Below are positions 39,497 through 50,510 of a stretch of 64,000 nt of DNA, piece by piece (the first letter of the stretch is position 1; the number at the start of each line of letters is the position of its first letter). The stretch is from positions 354,868 through 418,867 of the forward strand of contig BOWN01000001.1 of NCBI GenBank assembly GCA_019649675.1, in the 5' to 3' direction. The translations under genes were made by a program, and so were the position numbers. Source of the stretch: Cryomorphaceae bacterium (lineage in GTDB: Bacteria; Bacteroidota; Bacteroidia; Flavobacteriales; UBA7430). Below the pieces are notes generated by a model. The model was given only the letters and a program-made list of their open reading frames with translations. It ran no database searches and was not told the origin of the DNA.

Positions 39497-40548
39497 TGAA
39501 AAAACTAAACACAGACCTGTTGACTTCCATCTGCGAGATAGCCGGTGCACCTGGTTTTGAACAAAGAGTAAGAGACCTTGTCATTAATGAAATTAAAGAC
39601 ATAGTAGATGAATACCAAATTGATAACTTAGGGAATGTTATCGCAATTAAAAACGGTCAATCATCCGATAAAAAAGTGATGATTGGTGCACATATGGACG
39701 AAATTGGGTTTATTGTAACTCATGTTGATGATAAGGGATTTGTACGTTTTCATACACTCGGTGGTTTCGATCCAAAAACACTAACAGCACAAAGAGTCAT
39801 TGTTCACGGCAAAAAAGACCTCATTGGGGTTATGGGTTCCAAGCCTATTCATGTTATGAGTCCTGAAGAGCGAATAAAAGTGCCGAAAACGACAGACTAC
39901 TTTATCGACATGGGTATGTCGAAAAAAGAAGTCGAAAAATACATCTCTGTTGGCGATTCTATAACACGACAACGTGAGCTAATTGAAATGGGCGAATGCG
40001 TCAATTGCAAATCAATAGACAATAGAGTATCTGTTTTTATCTTAATCGAAACACTTAAAAAACTTGAAAAATTTCCTTACGATGTGTACGGTGTATTTAC
40101 AGTACAAGAAGAAGTAGGAATTCGTGGCGCTCAAGTTTCGACATTACAAATTAAACCTGATTTTGGCTTTGGTTTAGACACCACCATCGCTTATGATGTA
40201 CCTGGGGCTCCAGAACATGAAAAAATAACAGAACTAGGAAAAGGGGCGGCCATAAAAATTATGGACTCACAAACCATTTGTGATTACAGAATGGTAAATT
40301 ACATGAAAGAAGTTGCCAAAAAGAAAAAAATCACAACACAATTAGAAATCCTTCCTGCTGGAGGAACAGATACCATGGGTATTCAAAGGAGTACGCCTGG
40401 TGGTTCAATAGCAGGTGCTGTTTCAATTCCTACAAGACACATCCATCAGGTGATAGAAATGGCTCATAAAAATGACATTCACCAATCTATTGAGCTTCTA
40501 AAAGCATGTATTGAAAACCTCGATCAGTACGATTGGAGCTTTAAATAG
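39496..40548 (+). CDS. M42-family glutamyl aminopeptidase / FrvX-like peptidase
   Basis: 350 aa. GAHMDEIGF and FTVQEEVGIRGA motifs. TAATG overlap with the pyk stop. Confidence 0.85.
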   Translation: MKKLNTDLLTSICEIAGAPGFEQRVRDLVINEIKDIVDEYQIDNLGNVIAIKNGQSSDKKVMIGAHMDEIGFIVTHVDDKGFVRFHTLGGFDPKTLTAQRVIVHGKKDLIGVMGSKPIHVMSPEERIKVPKTTDYFIDMGMSKKEVEKYISVGDSITRQRELIEMGECVNCKSIDNRVSVFILIETLKKLEKFPYDVYGVFTVQEEVGIRGAQVSTLQIKPDFGFGLDTTIAYDVPGAPEHEKITELGKGAAIKIMDSQTICDYRMVNYMKEVAKKKKITTQLEILPAGGTDTMGIQRSTPGGSIAGAVSIPTRHIHQVIEMAHKNDIHQSIELLKACIENLDQYDWSFK

Positions 40549-40572
40549 AAAACCCTAATTCTATAAGTCTGA

Positions 40573-42137
40573 ATGGTATTCTTTATAAAAAAAATTAGCG
40601 CTCAACTAAAATATACTTTCTTCTGTTTTATAAGTACAGTTCTGTTGTTGCAATGTGCCAGCATTCAAAGCCCAAGTGGGGGTAAAAAAGACACAAATCC
40701 ACCTACCGTATTAAGCTCTATACCAAAACAAGCTGAAACAATGGTTAAACCTTCGATGATTCAAATTCAATTTGACGAATTCTTTGTGCTAAAAAACTTA
40801 GCCAATGAGCTGTTAATTTCGCCACCGCTTAATGAAGCGCCAATCATTTCACAAAAAGGAAAAAGCCTGTTCATCGAACTTCAAGAAGAGCTAAATAACA
40901 ACAGTACTTACACACTAAATTTTGGAAAAGGAATTGCCGATTATCACGAAGGAAATGTACTTAAAGATTATGCCTTAGTCTTTAGCACCGGCGCCGAACT
41001 TGACTCACTTGAAATACAAGGAAGTATAGCTGCTTGTCCAGATAAAACACTCCCAGAAGACCTTATCGTTGGAATATACCAAACAGACAGCCTAACAAAA
41101 GACTCTACAATTTATCTAAACAAGCCCGATTACTTTAGTTTAATAGATGAACAAAATCAGTTTCACATAAAATACATCCGAGATGGGAACTATGAGCTTA
41201 TCGCATTCAAAGATGTAAATGCAAACTACAAATACGATGGTGCTTCTGAACAAATTGCTTTTCACGACAAAATCATAAATATAAACGATAGTGTAACCTG
41301 TAAAATATGGTTATTTTCAGAAGAAGATACATTAAAATTACTCGACAATAAAGATAATGGGCGCATACATTGGACCTATAATAAAGAAATAGATACTGCT
41401 ACTTTTCACGCAGATACAACACTTAAATACTTTAGTGAAATTAAAAAAGACAGTCTATTTCTATGGCCTTATAATATGAGTTCGGACTCTGCATATGTAT
41501 GGGTAAAAGTGGGTCAACGATGCGATTCTATTTTAATAAAAAAAGACAGTCTAAAAAGAAATATAAACATCTTAACACTTTCATCGGATTATATAAAAGA
41601 TTCGGAAAACATACATTTAAAGACATCTGAACCTATTACCAGTATAGATAGCTCCAAAATTGAGCTTGTAACAGATTCAATTAAAATCGATTTCACCCCA
41701 ATCAAAGGTGATTTCACACTTGACATAGAATTCGAGTATCTTGTAAATAAAGAATATAATCTCATTATAAATCAAGGGGCAATAAAAGGCCTCAACAAGA
41801 GTGAAAATGACAGCACTAATATTTCCTTCTACACCAAAAGCGAAAGTCTTAGCTGTACTTAAAATAAACACAACATTACAAGACACTGTTTATTTTATTG
41901 AACTTCTTAAAGATGGTGATATTATAGAAACCATAGATTCTGGAAAATCACTTTATTTTGAAAAACTTTTACCGGGCGCTACGAAATGCGACTTATCGTC
42001 GACTAAATCAAGATGGTAAATGGACAGCAGGAAACTATTTTGAGAATGTTCTTCCAGAAAAAGTTTATTATTATCCGGAGCTCATCAACCTAAGAGCCAA
42101 TTGGGAATTAGAAGTAGATTGGGAAATTAATCCCTAA
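40573..42137 (+). pseudogene. Ig-like (SbsA/Big_5-type) domain lipoprotein, three frameshifts near the 3' end
   Basis: Lipobox LLLQC followed by SPSGGKKDTNPPTV. ORF 40573..41862 continues in other frames as ...TPKAKVLAVLKINTTLQDTVYFIELLKDGD...LLPGRYEMRLIVD-LNQDGKWTAGNYFENVLPEKVYYYPELINLRANWELEVDWEINP-stop 42137. Confidence 0.6.
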
Positions 42138-42905
42138 TCTTAAAGGTATCTCGATCCGATAAAAAGGGTGCCGTTTGCGACATTCTATAAGATAATTCTT
42201 AGACAAGGTCACTTCTACTAAACCAACTTCGTATTCAGGAGCCATAGAAATACGGTCGCCCTCAGGGTCTAAAACTTGCGAATGGCCCGGATACTGAGCA
42301 TTAAAACCATCGGTCCCTACACGGTTAAGACCAATAACATAAGCTTGATTTTCTATAGCGCGGGCTTTTAAAAGTGCATCCCAAGCAGAAATTCGTGTGT
42401 TTGGCCAATTTGCTACAAATAAAAGCAGATCATAATCCACATCGTTACGCGCAAATACTGGAAAACGCAAATCGTAACAAATCATAGGGCATATTTTCCA
42501 GCCTTTATACTCAATAACCAATCGCTTAGTACCTGCAGTAAAATACTTGTCTTCTTCAATCAAACTAAATAAATGTCGCTTATCATAGTGAAGCACTCGC
42601 CCATTGGGCTCCACCCATAAAAGACGATTAAAAACATGCACTTTATCTTTAATCATGACAGAGCCACATAAAACCGCTTTTTTCTTTTTGGCTAAAGCCT
42701 TCATCCAAACAACTGTTTCACCATCCATCGTTTGAGCCAAATGTGTCGAAGCTACAGAAAACCCTGTGCTGAATAGCTCAGGCAAAAGAATAATATCTGC
42801 ACCTGTCACCTCTGCTAAATAAGCATCAATCTCAGCTCTATTTTTCAGAGCATCTTCCCAGTGCAAATCACATTGCAACAAACATATATTTAGAGCTTTC
42901 TTCAT
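42108..42905 (-). CDS. carbon-nitrogen hydrolase (nitrilase superfamily, omega-amidase-like)
   Basis: 265 aa. LPELF (catalytic Glu), catalytic Cys in ICYDLRFPVFARN. The last ~15 codons may be out of frame: the alternative reading PFLSDRDTFKIRD-stop at 42127 looks more family-like. Confidence 0.85.
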   Translation of the reverse strand: MKKALNICLLQCDLHWEDALKNRAEIDAYLAEVTGADIILLPELFSTGFSVASTHLAQTMDGETVVWMKALAKKKKAVLCGSVMIKDKVHVFNRLLWVEPNGRVLHYDKRHLFSLIEEDKYFTAGTKRLVIEYKGWKICPMICYDLRFPVFARNDVDYDLLLFVANWPNTRISAWDALLKARAIENQAYVIGLNRVGTDGFNAQYPGHSQVLDPEGDRISMAPEYEVGLVEVTLSKNYLIECRKRHPFYRIEIPLRLGINFPIYF

Positions 42906-42959
42906 GTTATGTTTATTAAAAAATCTTAGAACATTAAAGATTAGTAGCTTTTAGCTTTC

Positions 42960-44189
42960 CTATTCAATCAATAAAGGCTTTCGTATATTTTGATGTTCAG
43001 TTTTTATATCCAGAATATAAAACCCTTTATCCAGACTAGTCACATCCAGTTGAAGGTCATTAACAGAAGCTAAAGATGGACATTTAACTTCACAACCAGC
43101 AGTATTAATCAATCTGAAATCATGTATTTGAAGCTCTGTTTTAACGATTAAATTCGAAGAGCTTGGATTTGGATAAATTTCAATATTAGCCTCTTCTGAG
43201 AGGTCAGGTACAGACAATTCAACGCCAGAAATTTTAGTAACACCCGTACTTGTCGCAACCCATACATTGTTTTGAGAATCTATGGCCAAATCTCTTACCA
43301 CAGGGCCTACCAAACCATTGAGCGCCCTCAACATAATCGTAATCGGTCCAAGAAGTACCATTCCAAACCGCCAAGCCACCAACACTTATCAAATAATCCA
43401 CATAAATTCCAGCCCAAACATTCCCATTCGAATCCAAAGCAACATCAACTACAGGGTTTAAGGTGTCGGGTGGTGGTAAAAGCAACATCATGGTATGGTG
43501 GTCGGAAATCATATTGTCTGTGTCTAAAACACTAATTCCTTGACCTGTAGCAACCCATTTATTGTCTGCTTCATCTAAAGCTATAGCGCGAACATTATTA
43601 TTAATTAAGCCAGAGGTTGTATTAAATATTGTGAAAGTTGTATCGTCAAAATGAACCACCCCAAAAATACTGCTGGCCAACCATTTATCGCCATTCGAAT
43701 CAAAAGTAACGTGATTAATACCTCCAAAAGGAAGACCATCAGCAGTCGTAAATGCTGTCCAAGCTTCACCATCAAAAACACTTAAGCCATCCTTTTCTCC
43801 AACCCAAATCCATCCGTTTGAATCTTCATTGATATGATTAATGCGATTGTCTCCCAAGCCATCTTCATCAGTATAACTTAAAGGAGTTGTTCCATCGTAC
43901 ACGGTCAAACCAAAATCTGTTCCTACCCATACGGAACCATCACTTGAGGTATAAATAGCCTTAACACATTATCAACTAATCCATCGTCAGTCGTATAGGA
44001 TTCCCAAGTAAAGCCATCAAAAAAAGCAACCCCGCTATTGGTCCCAAACCAAACATGATCATCAGCATCTACAGAAACACAATTCACCGAATTGTCAAGT
44101 AAACCATCTACCTCCAAATAATTTGTAAAATATTGAGCTGACAATGTGTAAGAAAAGAAAATAAGAATGTAAAATTTAAGCAACTTCAT
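42960..44189 (-). pseudogene. secreted beta-propeller protein with two-component-regulator-propeller (Reg_prop)-type repeats and T9SS CTD; 2-3 frameshifts
   Basis: Signal peptide MKLLKFYILIFFSYTLSAQ. Repeats of the form DGLxDNxVxxIxxDxxGxxWxGTxxGxxxFDG run across fragments 43923..44189, 43234..43908 and 42960..43385. C-terminus IEIYPNPSSSNLIVKTEL...GFYILDIKTEHQNIRKPLLIE is a T9SS CTD. Confidence 0.7.
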
Positions 44190-44200
44190 ACCTATTTATT

Positions 44201-46471
44201 TTAACGTTTAACCATTTTTATTGACATCAGATCATCATTCGACCTTACCGAAACTACATAAAGCCCCGCATTCAAATCTAAAACGGATAATTCGCCCGTA
44301 ATAATCCCTGCCGAAAGATCGGATTTAAAAACAACCCGACCTAATACATCTATAATTTGAATCTTAGAATTAGACTGAGATTCTATTTCAAAATAAAGCA
44401 CATCTAAAACTGGATTTGGATACAAGTTAAAAACAAGAGCATCGTCTAAAGGAATTAAATTGGCACCATCATTTGTTTGTTTAAATGTCGGAGAAAGTAA
44501 TGTAAAATCACCAAAGCCATTAGGCATTCTTCCGTAAGAAACATTTTCTATCTGTTCAGGAAACAAAACAGAATCAATCAACACCTGGTGTGCATCAGAA
44601 AGAAAAAGAGACTCTCCGGCCGATGAAAGCTTAAAGTTGGCATGACTTGATCCTTGGGCATCTTCTGAATCTGCCCAAATAATAAAATATGAACCAGCTG
44701 GAAGCTCCTGATTGGGAAGCGCCCATTTAGATAAATTAGTGGCATCATCGCTAAGATATAAGCCCCCTAAAGACAATTCATTTTCAGTGGTATTTAAGAG
44801 TTCAATCCAATCTTCATAGGATCCTTCTGCATCAGCAACCACATCCACATTCGAAGCCATCAATTCGTTAATCACAATATCTCCAGCATTCAGCTGCCCT
44901 TCTATTGAAAAATATTCATAAGCCGCTCGTTGGGGCGAAAAAGCACCAGCAGAATCGTTTTCAGCATAAATATAATAATCCACATCACGACCTTGAAATA
45001 AAAATTGTGATGAAAAAATACCGTCACCAGCAAGCACATCTCCACCGATTCCTTCATCATTCATGAGCAGCTCTTCGAATACGATGTCAGGCCTTGTTCT
45101 GTAGAATAAAATAACCTCTGATGCATTTGATGCCTGAACAGTAATAACAAGCATATCGTTTGAAACAGGCGCTTCAGGAAAAACACTAACATTCTCTATA
45201 TCGGGTGGCCCTTGAAAACCCAGACTAGTGCTTAGATAAGCAGCCCTGCCCTCCATGAGATCAACAATGCCTGGATAATCAATAAAATCGCTTACCGTTC
45301 CATACAAATTGTTTTGAAAATCGGCATAGGTATAAAACTTATTGGCATCATTTTGCACACTCTCATCGATAAGCTGATGGAGTGTTTCTGCACGGGTAAG
45401 ATACGCTTGATTTGATATGTTTTCTTGTACTATCGTTCGGATGTGGGCCAAATACATTTTTCTGTAACGGCTCGTATTAAATAGCTTTCGAAGCAAAGGC
45501 CTAGGGAAAACAGAAAATTCATTATAATGACTCAATGGGTCTAATGTTTTAGCTTGTTCTATGCTAAAGCCATCAAAATAAACTGAGGCATCTGTTAAAC
45601 GAAAACTCCCAAGAGACATGTTTAAATCCCAGATAATTGGGTTAAATCGTCCCGCCTTATCTTGATACAGGTAGTAATTCTGAGCATAACCCACATAACT
45701 GTCAAAATTAATAAGGGTATAGTTTAAAGCATGCAGCCACAGAGCCTGATCTACATTTAAAACCTTATCTATGTCGGCTTCATGATTGTTTAAAGTATCG
45801 ATGAAATTATACAAAGCAGTCCAGCCATAATCCGACTGCATAGAATAAAGTAAGGTATATGCTAAAGAATCCATGCCTGGCGTTTGGCTTAAATTTGAAT
45901 TTTCGCCGAATAGGTCAACCGTTTCTGGGTTACCTTTTACTAAAACATTGTCTGCAGTAGTGAAGTGTTTTTCTAGAAACTCATTGTTCACAGCCTCTAC
46001 ATTTGAATACAAACCTAACAAAGTATCATTTACATAAACATTCGCAAAATTGGACTCTGATGCAGGCATATACTTTCGGGCAATTTGATAAGACAAAACT
46101 TCTCTAAGAAAGGATGGATCTTGAATAACATTACTCAATTTTATTTTATCAATGCCTTGATGATCTTGCCCCTCAATAAGGTAATTTAATTTAATATTAA
46201 ATGGGTTTTTTACACGATCTACACTCGCAGAACTATAGCCTTTATAACGCACGCCAACACTATCGTACTGAATACCATCTATAAACAAAGTAGCTTGCAT
46301 GCGCCCTTTATCTCCGGCCACATACAAGCTGTCTAATATTTCATCCCAGTTGCTTTGAGCAAAGGTTATTCTTATATCGCGAATCGTATCTGTACTGTAA
46401 AATCCCTCTTGAGCAAACAACATCATAGAGGAGAAAAATAATAGGATACAAAGTATGGCCCTACAAATCAT
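44201..46471 (-). CDS. CotH-family (atypical kinase fold) protein with lamin-tail domain and T9SS CTD
   Basis: 756 aa, intact. CotH-like core (NVYVNDTLLGLYSNVEAVNNEFL, NYYLYQDKAGRFNPIIWDLNMSLG), LTD (IVINELMASN...EDWIELLNT...ANFKLSSAGESLFLSD), and CTD (LYPNPVLDVLYFEI...GLYVVSVRSNDDLMSIKMVKR). Confidence 0.8.
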   Translation of the reverse strand: MICRAILCILLFFSSMMLFAQEGFYSTDTIRDIRITFAQSNWDEILDSLYVAGDKGRMQATLFIDGIQYDSVGVRYKGYSSASVDRVKNPFNIKLNYLIEGQDHQGIDKIKLSNVIQDPSFLREVLSYQIARKYMPASESNFANVYVNDTLLGLYSNVEAVNNEFLEKHFTTADNVLVKGNPETVDLFGENSNLSQTPGMDSLAYTLLYSMQSDYGWTALYNFIDTLNNHEADIDKVLNVDQALWLHALNYTLINFDSYVGYAQNYYLYQDKAGRFNPIIWDLNMSLGSFRLTDASVYFDGFSIEQAKTLDPLSHYNEFSVFPRPLLRKLFNTSRYRKMYLAHIRTIVQENISNQAYLTRAETLHQLIDESVQNDANKFYTYADFQNNLYGTVSDFIDYPGIVDLMEGRAAYLSTSLGFQGPPDIENVSVFPEAPVSNDMLVITVQASNASEVILFYRTRPDIVFEELLMNDEGIGGDVLAGDGIFSSQFLFQGRDVDYYIYAENDSAGAFSPQRAAYEYFSIEGQLNAGDIVINELMASNVDVVADAEGSYEDWIELLNTTENELSLGGLYLSDDATNLSKWALPNQELPAGSYFIIWADSEDAQGSSHANFKLSSAGESLFLSDAHQVLIDSVLFPEQIENVSYGRMPNGFGDFTLLSPTFKQTNDGANLIPLDDALVFNLYPNPVLDVLYFEIESQSNSKIQIIDVLGRVVFKSDLSAGIITGELSVLDLNAGLYVVSVRSNDDLMSIKMVKR

Positions 46472-46474
46472 AAA

Positions 46475-48033
46475 CTATTTTACTAGAGAAATGCGCTGTG
46501 TGTTGGTGTTGCCTTTTTCGTCAATTACAGTCACAAAATACAAACCATTCGCACAAGTGGTAAGATCAATCTTTTTGAGGTTTGCTCGGTAATAAGTACT
46601 CCAGAAGCATTTGTAACTTGAATCATAATATCTTCCGACTCGAAGCCTCGAACTTCAAAAAATCTGTTTGAAGGATTCGGGTAAATTGAAAGCTTCTGCA
46701 AAACTTGCTCTGAAAGTGCTGTTTCATCTTCACATGGGTTATCTAATAAAATAGCAATTCCTGGATGCTTACACTCGTATCTAAAAGCTTTTGGTGTTCC
46801 ATTACCACCTGCATTGTATTGCCATACAATATTTCCTAAAGAATCTTCTTCATACATATATCCTGCACCGCCTTGACCACCAGATAAGTTTACAAAAACA
46901 TTTCCATTGGACATCCGATTCGAAGCAGACTGACCACTCGCATAACCATTACAAGTGTGTCTCCAAGAAAAAGTTGATGGCCCATAAGCCTGACCAGGTT
47001 CGAGGGTATAATTATACCCATCTAAAGGAGTTTCTATCGCATCAACGGTAGAGGTATTATTTCCGCCACCATTGTTATTAAAAAATTGCAAGAATCCGCC
47101 GTTAGGTCTACCATCGTTTGTAATCCATCTAACATCATGAACTGCAGAAGGGATTTGCTGTGAACCCGGTGCGCCATAATTTGATGGATTTCCCCAACGG
47201 TAAATAATATCTCCACCCATACCCGTATTTCCTCCAGTATGTCCAGCAGCTTCAGCTGATGTGGTACTGTGGTCTATAATATAAACCTCACTGGCATGTC
47301 GAGATGAAAAAGCAATTTGATCTAATTCGGCATTGTAATTAACACCATTTACATGAAACCAATCGCCGCTTGATCCACCAGGCCCGCCACCGCCAGGACC
47401 ACCGCCACCAGGACCACCGCCGCCACCAGCTTGAATCATATTTATGTCTATAAGCTCAGGATGGTCTGCAACCACACCATAATTGTCTTTTGTTTCATCA
47501 TGATCTTGAATGAGATGATCCCAAATATGCCACTCCCAAACTATTTCTCCTCCACCTGAACCATCATGAGCAACTTCTACAAAGTGGGTTGGCCATTTTT
47601 CTGTAGTGGCACCATCATAACCAGCCTGAGTTAACTGGTTTGTCGATTTCACTTCCCAAGCCGTTAATAACACATTATCATTCACAAGTGTTATATCGTG
47701 GTGTGAAAGATGGGTATTATCAGAATAGGTAAATTCCCAAACTATATTTCCATCCGGATCTATTTCTTGAACCCTCCCGCCTTGTGCAGCACCTGTTAAT
47801 TGATTCCCAGGATTAACAGCTCCTCTAACAATATTTCCATTATTTTTCAATAACACTGTATAGTTACAATTCAAATCACAATTCCATGTATGGGCTATAT
47901 CCCCTTCTTTATCTATCAAATATGTGGTATTGTTATTTTGGGCATTGTATAATGCAAAGCCATCAAATTCTGACTGCGCATAAATGCTTTGAGCTATAAA
48001 TCCAAAAAACAAAGTAAGTAGAGGTGTTTTCAT
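46475..48033 (-). pseudogene. arylsulfotransferase (ASST)-like beta-propeller protein with Gly/Pro insert and T9SS CTD; one frameshift in the CTD
   Basis: Signal peptide MKTPLLTLFFGFIAQSIYAQ. HHDITLVNDN, IVWEWHIWDH and DWFHVNGVNYNAELDQIAFSSRHASEVYIIDH resemble ASST family proteins (from memory). The ORF ends at 46531, but shifting frame near 46575 gives KKIDLTTCANGLYFVTVIDEKGNTNTQRISLVK-stop 46475, which completes a T9SS CTD. Confidence 0.6.
47374..47427 (-). repeat. GC-rich imperfect 15-nt x3 tandem repeat encoding GGGGGPGGGGPGGGGPGG
   Basis: Plus strand reads ccaggcccgccaccg / ccaggaccaccgcca / ccaggaccaccgccg. It lies inside the ASST-like gene and is conspicuously GC-rich against the AT-rich background. 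Confidence 0.85.
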
Positions 48034-48161
48034 TTAAATCTTTTTAAGAGGCAAAAGCCATTATACTTAATTACTTAATCATCTTTCAGTGAGAAAGATC
48101 ACCAAAACAAAAATAAATCTAGACCAAAGCTAATGAATTTAAAAGTAAAATATTGAAACTA

Positions 48162-48189
48162 AAAAAGCCATCATTAATGATGGCTTTTT
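48162..48189. terminator. bidirectional rho-independent terminator between hppA and the T9SS cargo operon
   Basis: Perfect 28-nt palindrome AAAAAGCCATCATT|AATGATGGCTTTTT (core stem GCCATCA/TGATGGC, loop TTAA) with an A-run on one side and a T-run on the other. It lies 23 nt after the hppA stop. Confidence 0.75.
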
Positions 48190-48211
48190 AGAGTATATAT
48201 CTAAAATCTAA

Positions 48212-50478
48212 CTAAAGAACAAAGTCTTCTTTAGTCTCAGTTACTTCAGTATCAAGAACTTCAATAGTTGTCGTGTTTTCTTCCATCTCTAAATTCGAAG
48301 TATGATGCGAAGCACCACCTAATATTGGTGCAATAACAAGACCTATTAAACAAGTTAGCTTAATTAAGATATTCATAGAAGGACCAGAAGTATCTTTGAA
48401 AGGATCTCCAACTGTATCTCCAGTTACAGCTGCTTTGTGAGCATCAGACCCCTTGTAAGTCATTTCTCCATTGATTTCAACTCCGGCTTCAAAAGATTTC
48501 TTAGCGTTATCCCAAGCACCTCCAGCATTGTTCTGGAAAATTGCCCATAAAACACCACTTACTGTAACACCAGCCATATAACCACCTAACATTTCAGCAA
48601 TTGCTTTATTATCCATTCCAAAAATCATTGGAACAAATGCAATTACCAAAGGGAATCCGATTGTTAATAAACCTGGTAACATCATTTCTTTTAATGAAGC
48701 TTGTGTAGAAATTGCCACACACTTATCATATTCAGGCTTCTCTGTTCCTTCCATAATGCCAGCAATTTCTTTAAACTGACGTCTTACCTCATGTACCATT
48801 TCCATGGCAGCTTTACCTACAGCATTCATTGCTAATGCAGAGAATACTACAGGAACCATCCCTCCAACAAATAGCATAGCTAAAACAGGTGCTTTAAAGA
48901 TATTAATCCCATCAATACCGGTAAAAGTAACATAGGCAGCAAATAAAGCCAAAGATGTTAATGCTGCAGAAGCAATAGCAAACCCTTTACCAGTTGCAGC
49001 GGTTGTGTTTCCTACTGAATCTAAGATATCTGTTCTTTCTCTTACTATAGGATCTTGCTCACTCATTTCAGCAATACCTCCTGCATTATCAGAAATAGGG
49101 CCAAATGCGTCAATTGCTAGTTGCATAGCTGTGGTAGCCATCATTGCTGATGCCGCTAAAGAAACGCCATAGAACCCAGCAAATGCATAAGAAGACCAAA
49201 TAGCACCGGCAAATAATAATACTGACGGGAATGTGGAAATCATCCCTGTAGCTAAACCAGCGATGATATTTGTTCCAGCTCAGTGCTAGATTGTTGAACG
49301 ATTTTTAAGATTGGTGATTTTCCTAATCCTGTATAGTATTCAGTTACTGAAGAAATTACAGCACCTACTACTAGCCCTATTAGGGTTGCGTAGAATACAC
49401 TCATTCTAGAAACTTCTTTCACTCCTTCGCCAAAGAACTCCATATTCATCGTTTCAGGCAACATGTAGTAACACAATCCAAAACAAGAAACAGCTACTAA
49501 AATAATAGAGGTCCAGTTTCCTATGTTTAAAGCATTCATTACCTGAGCTTCTTTAGCATCGTTACTGTTAATTTTTACCAGCATGGTACCAATGATTGAA
49601 ATAATAATTCCAGCACCAGCAATTGCCATTGGTAGTATAATTGGTCCAACTCCTCCAAAGGCATCAGAAATACTTCCACCCATGTCTTTGATAACATAGT
49701 TACCTAATACCATTGCAGCTAATACTGTAGCAACATATGAACCAAATAAATCGGCACCCATTCCAGCTACATCACCTACGTTATCACCAACATTATCGGC
49801 AATTGTTGCAGGGTTACGAGGGTCATCTTCAGGAATACCAGCTTCTACTTTACCTACAAGGTCAGCACCTACATCGGCCGCTTTTGTGTAAATACCACCA
49901 CCCACACGTGCAAATAATGCAATTGACTCAGCCCCTAAAGAGAATCCGGCTAAAGTTTCCAGAACGACAGTCATATCATGCGTATTGGTCCATTCACCAC
50001 CCATAAAGAAATTATAAAAGACAATAAAGAAAGCAGTAAGACCTAAAACGGCTAAACTAGCAACACCAAGTCCCATTACGGTTCCACCTCCAAATGATAT
50101 TTTGAGTGCATTAGGAAGAGAAGTTCTTGCTGCTTGTGTTGTTCTTACATTTGTTTTCGTTGCAATCTTCATTCCCATATTTCCAGCCAAAGCCGAGAAA
50201 AAAGCACCAACCACAAATGAAATCACAATCATCCAGTGTGTAGAAGGCACTATTGTAGATACAACAAATAATAAAACACTAACAGCAACAACAAATAAAG
50301 TTAACAGTCTATATTCAGAATTTAAAAACGCTAAGGCACCTTCATAAATGTGATCTGAAATTTCTTTCATCTTACCATCTCCCGCATCTTGCTTCAAAAT
50401 CCAAGATTGTTTGACCATCATATATAGTAGGCCAATAAGCGCCATTATAATTGGCAAATATATCATCATTGATTCCAT
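48212..50478 (-). pseudogene. hppA: membrane-bound (V-type) inorganic pyrophosphatase, one frameshift; probably sequence error
   Basis: ORFs 49252..50478 and 48212..49243. Doubling the single C at 49281 gives ...VQQSSTGAGTNIIAGLATGMISTFPSVLLFAG. Motifs GNTTAATGKG and [14 protein letters not shown]. 2267+1 nt = 756 codons. Confidence 0.92.
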
Positions 50479-50510
50479 AATTTTCTATGCATTTTTGTTA
50501 TACAAGGTGG

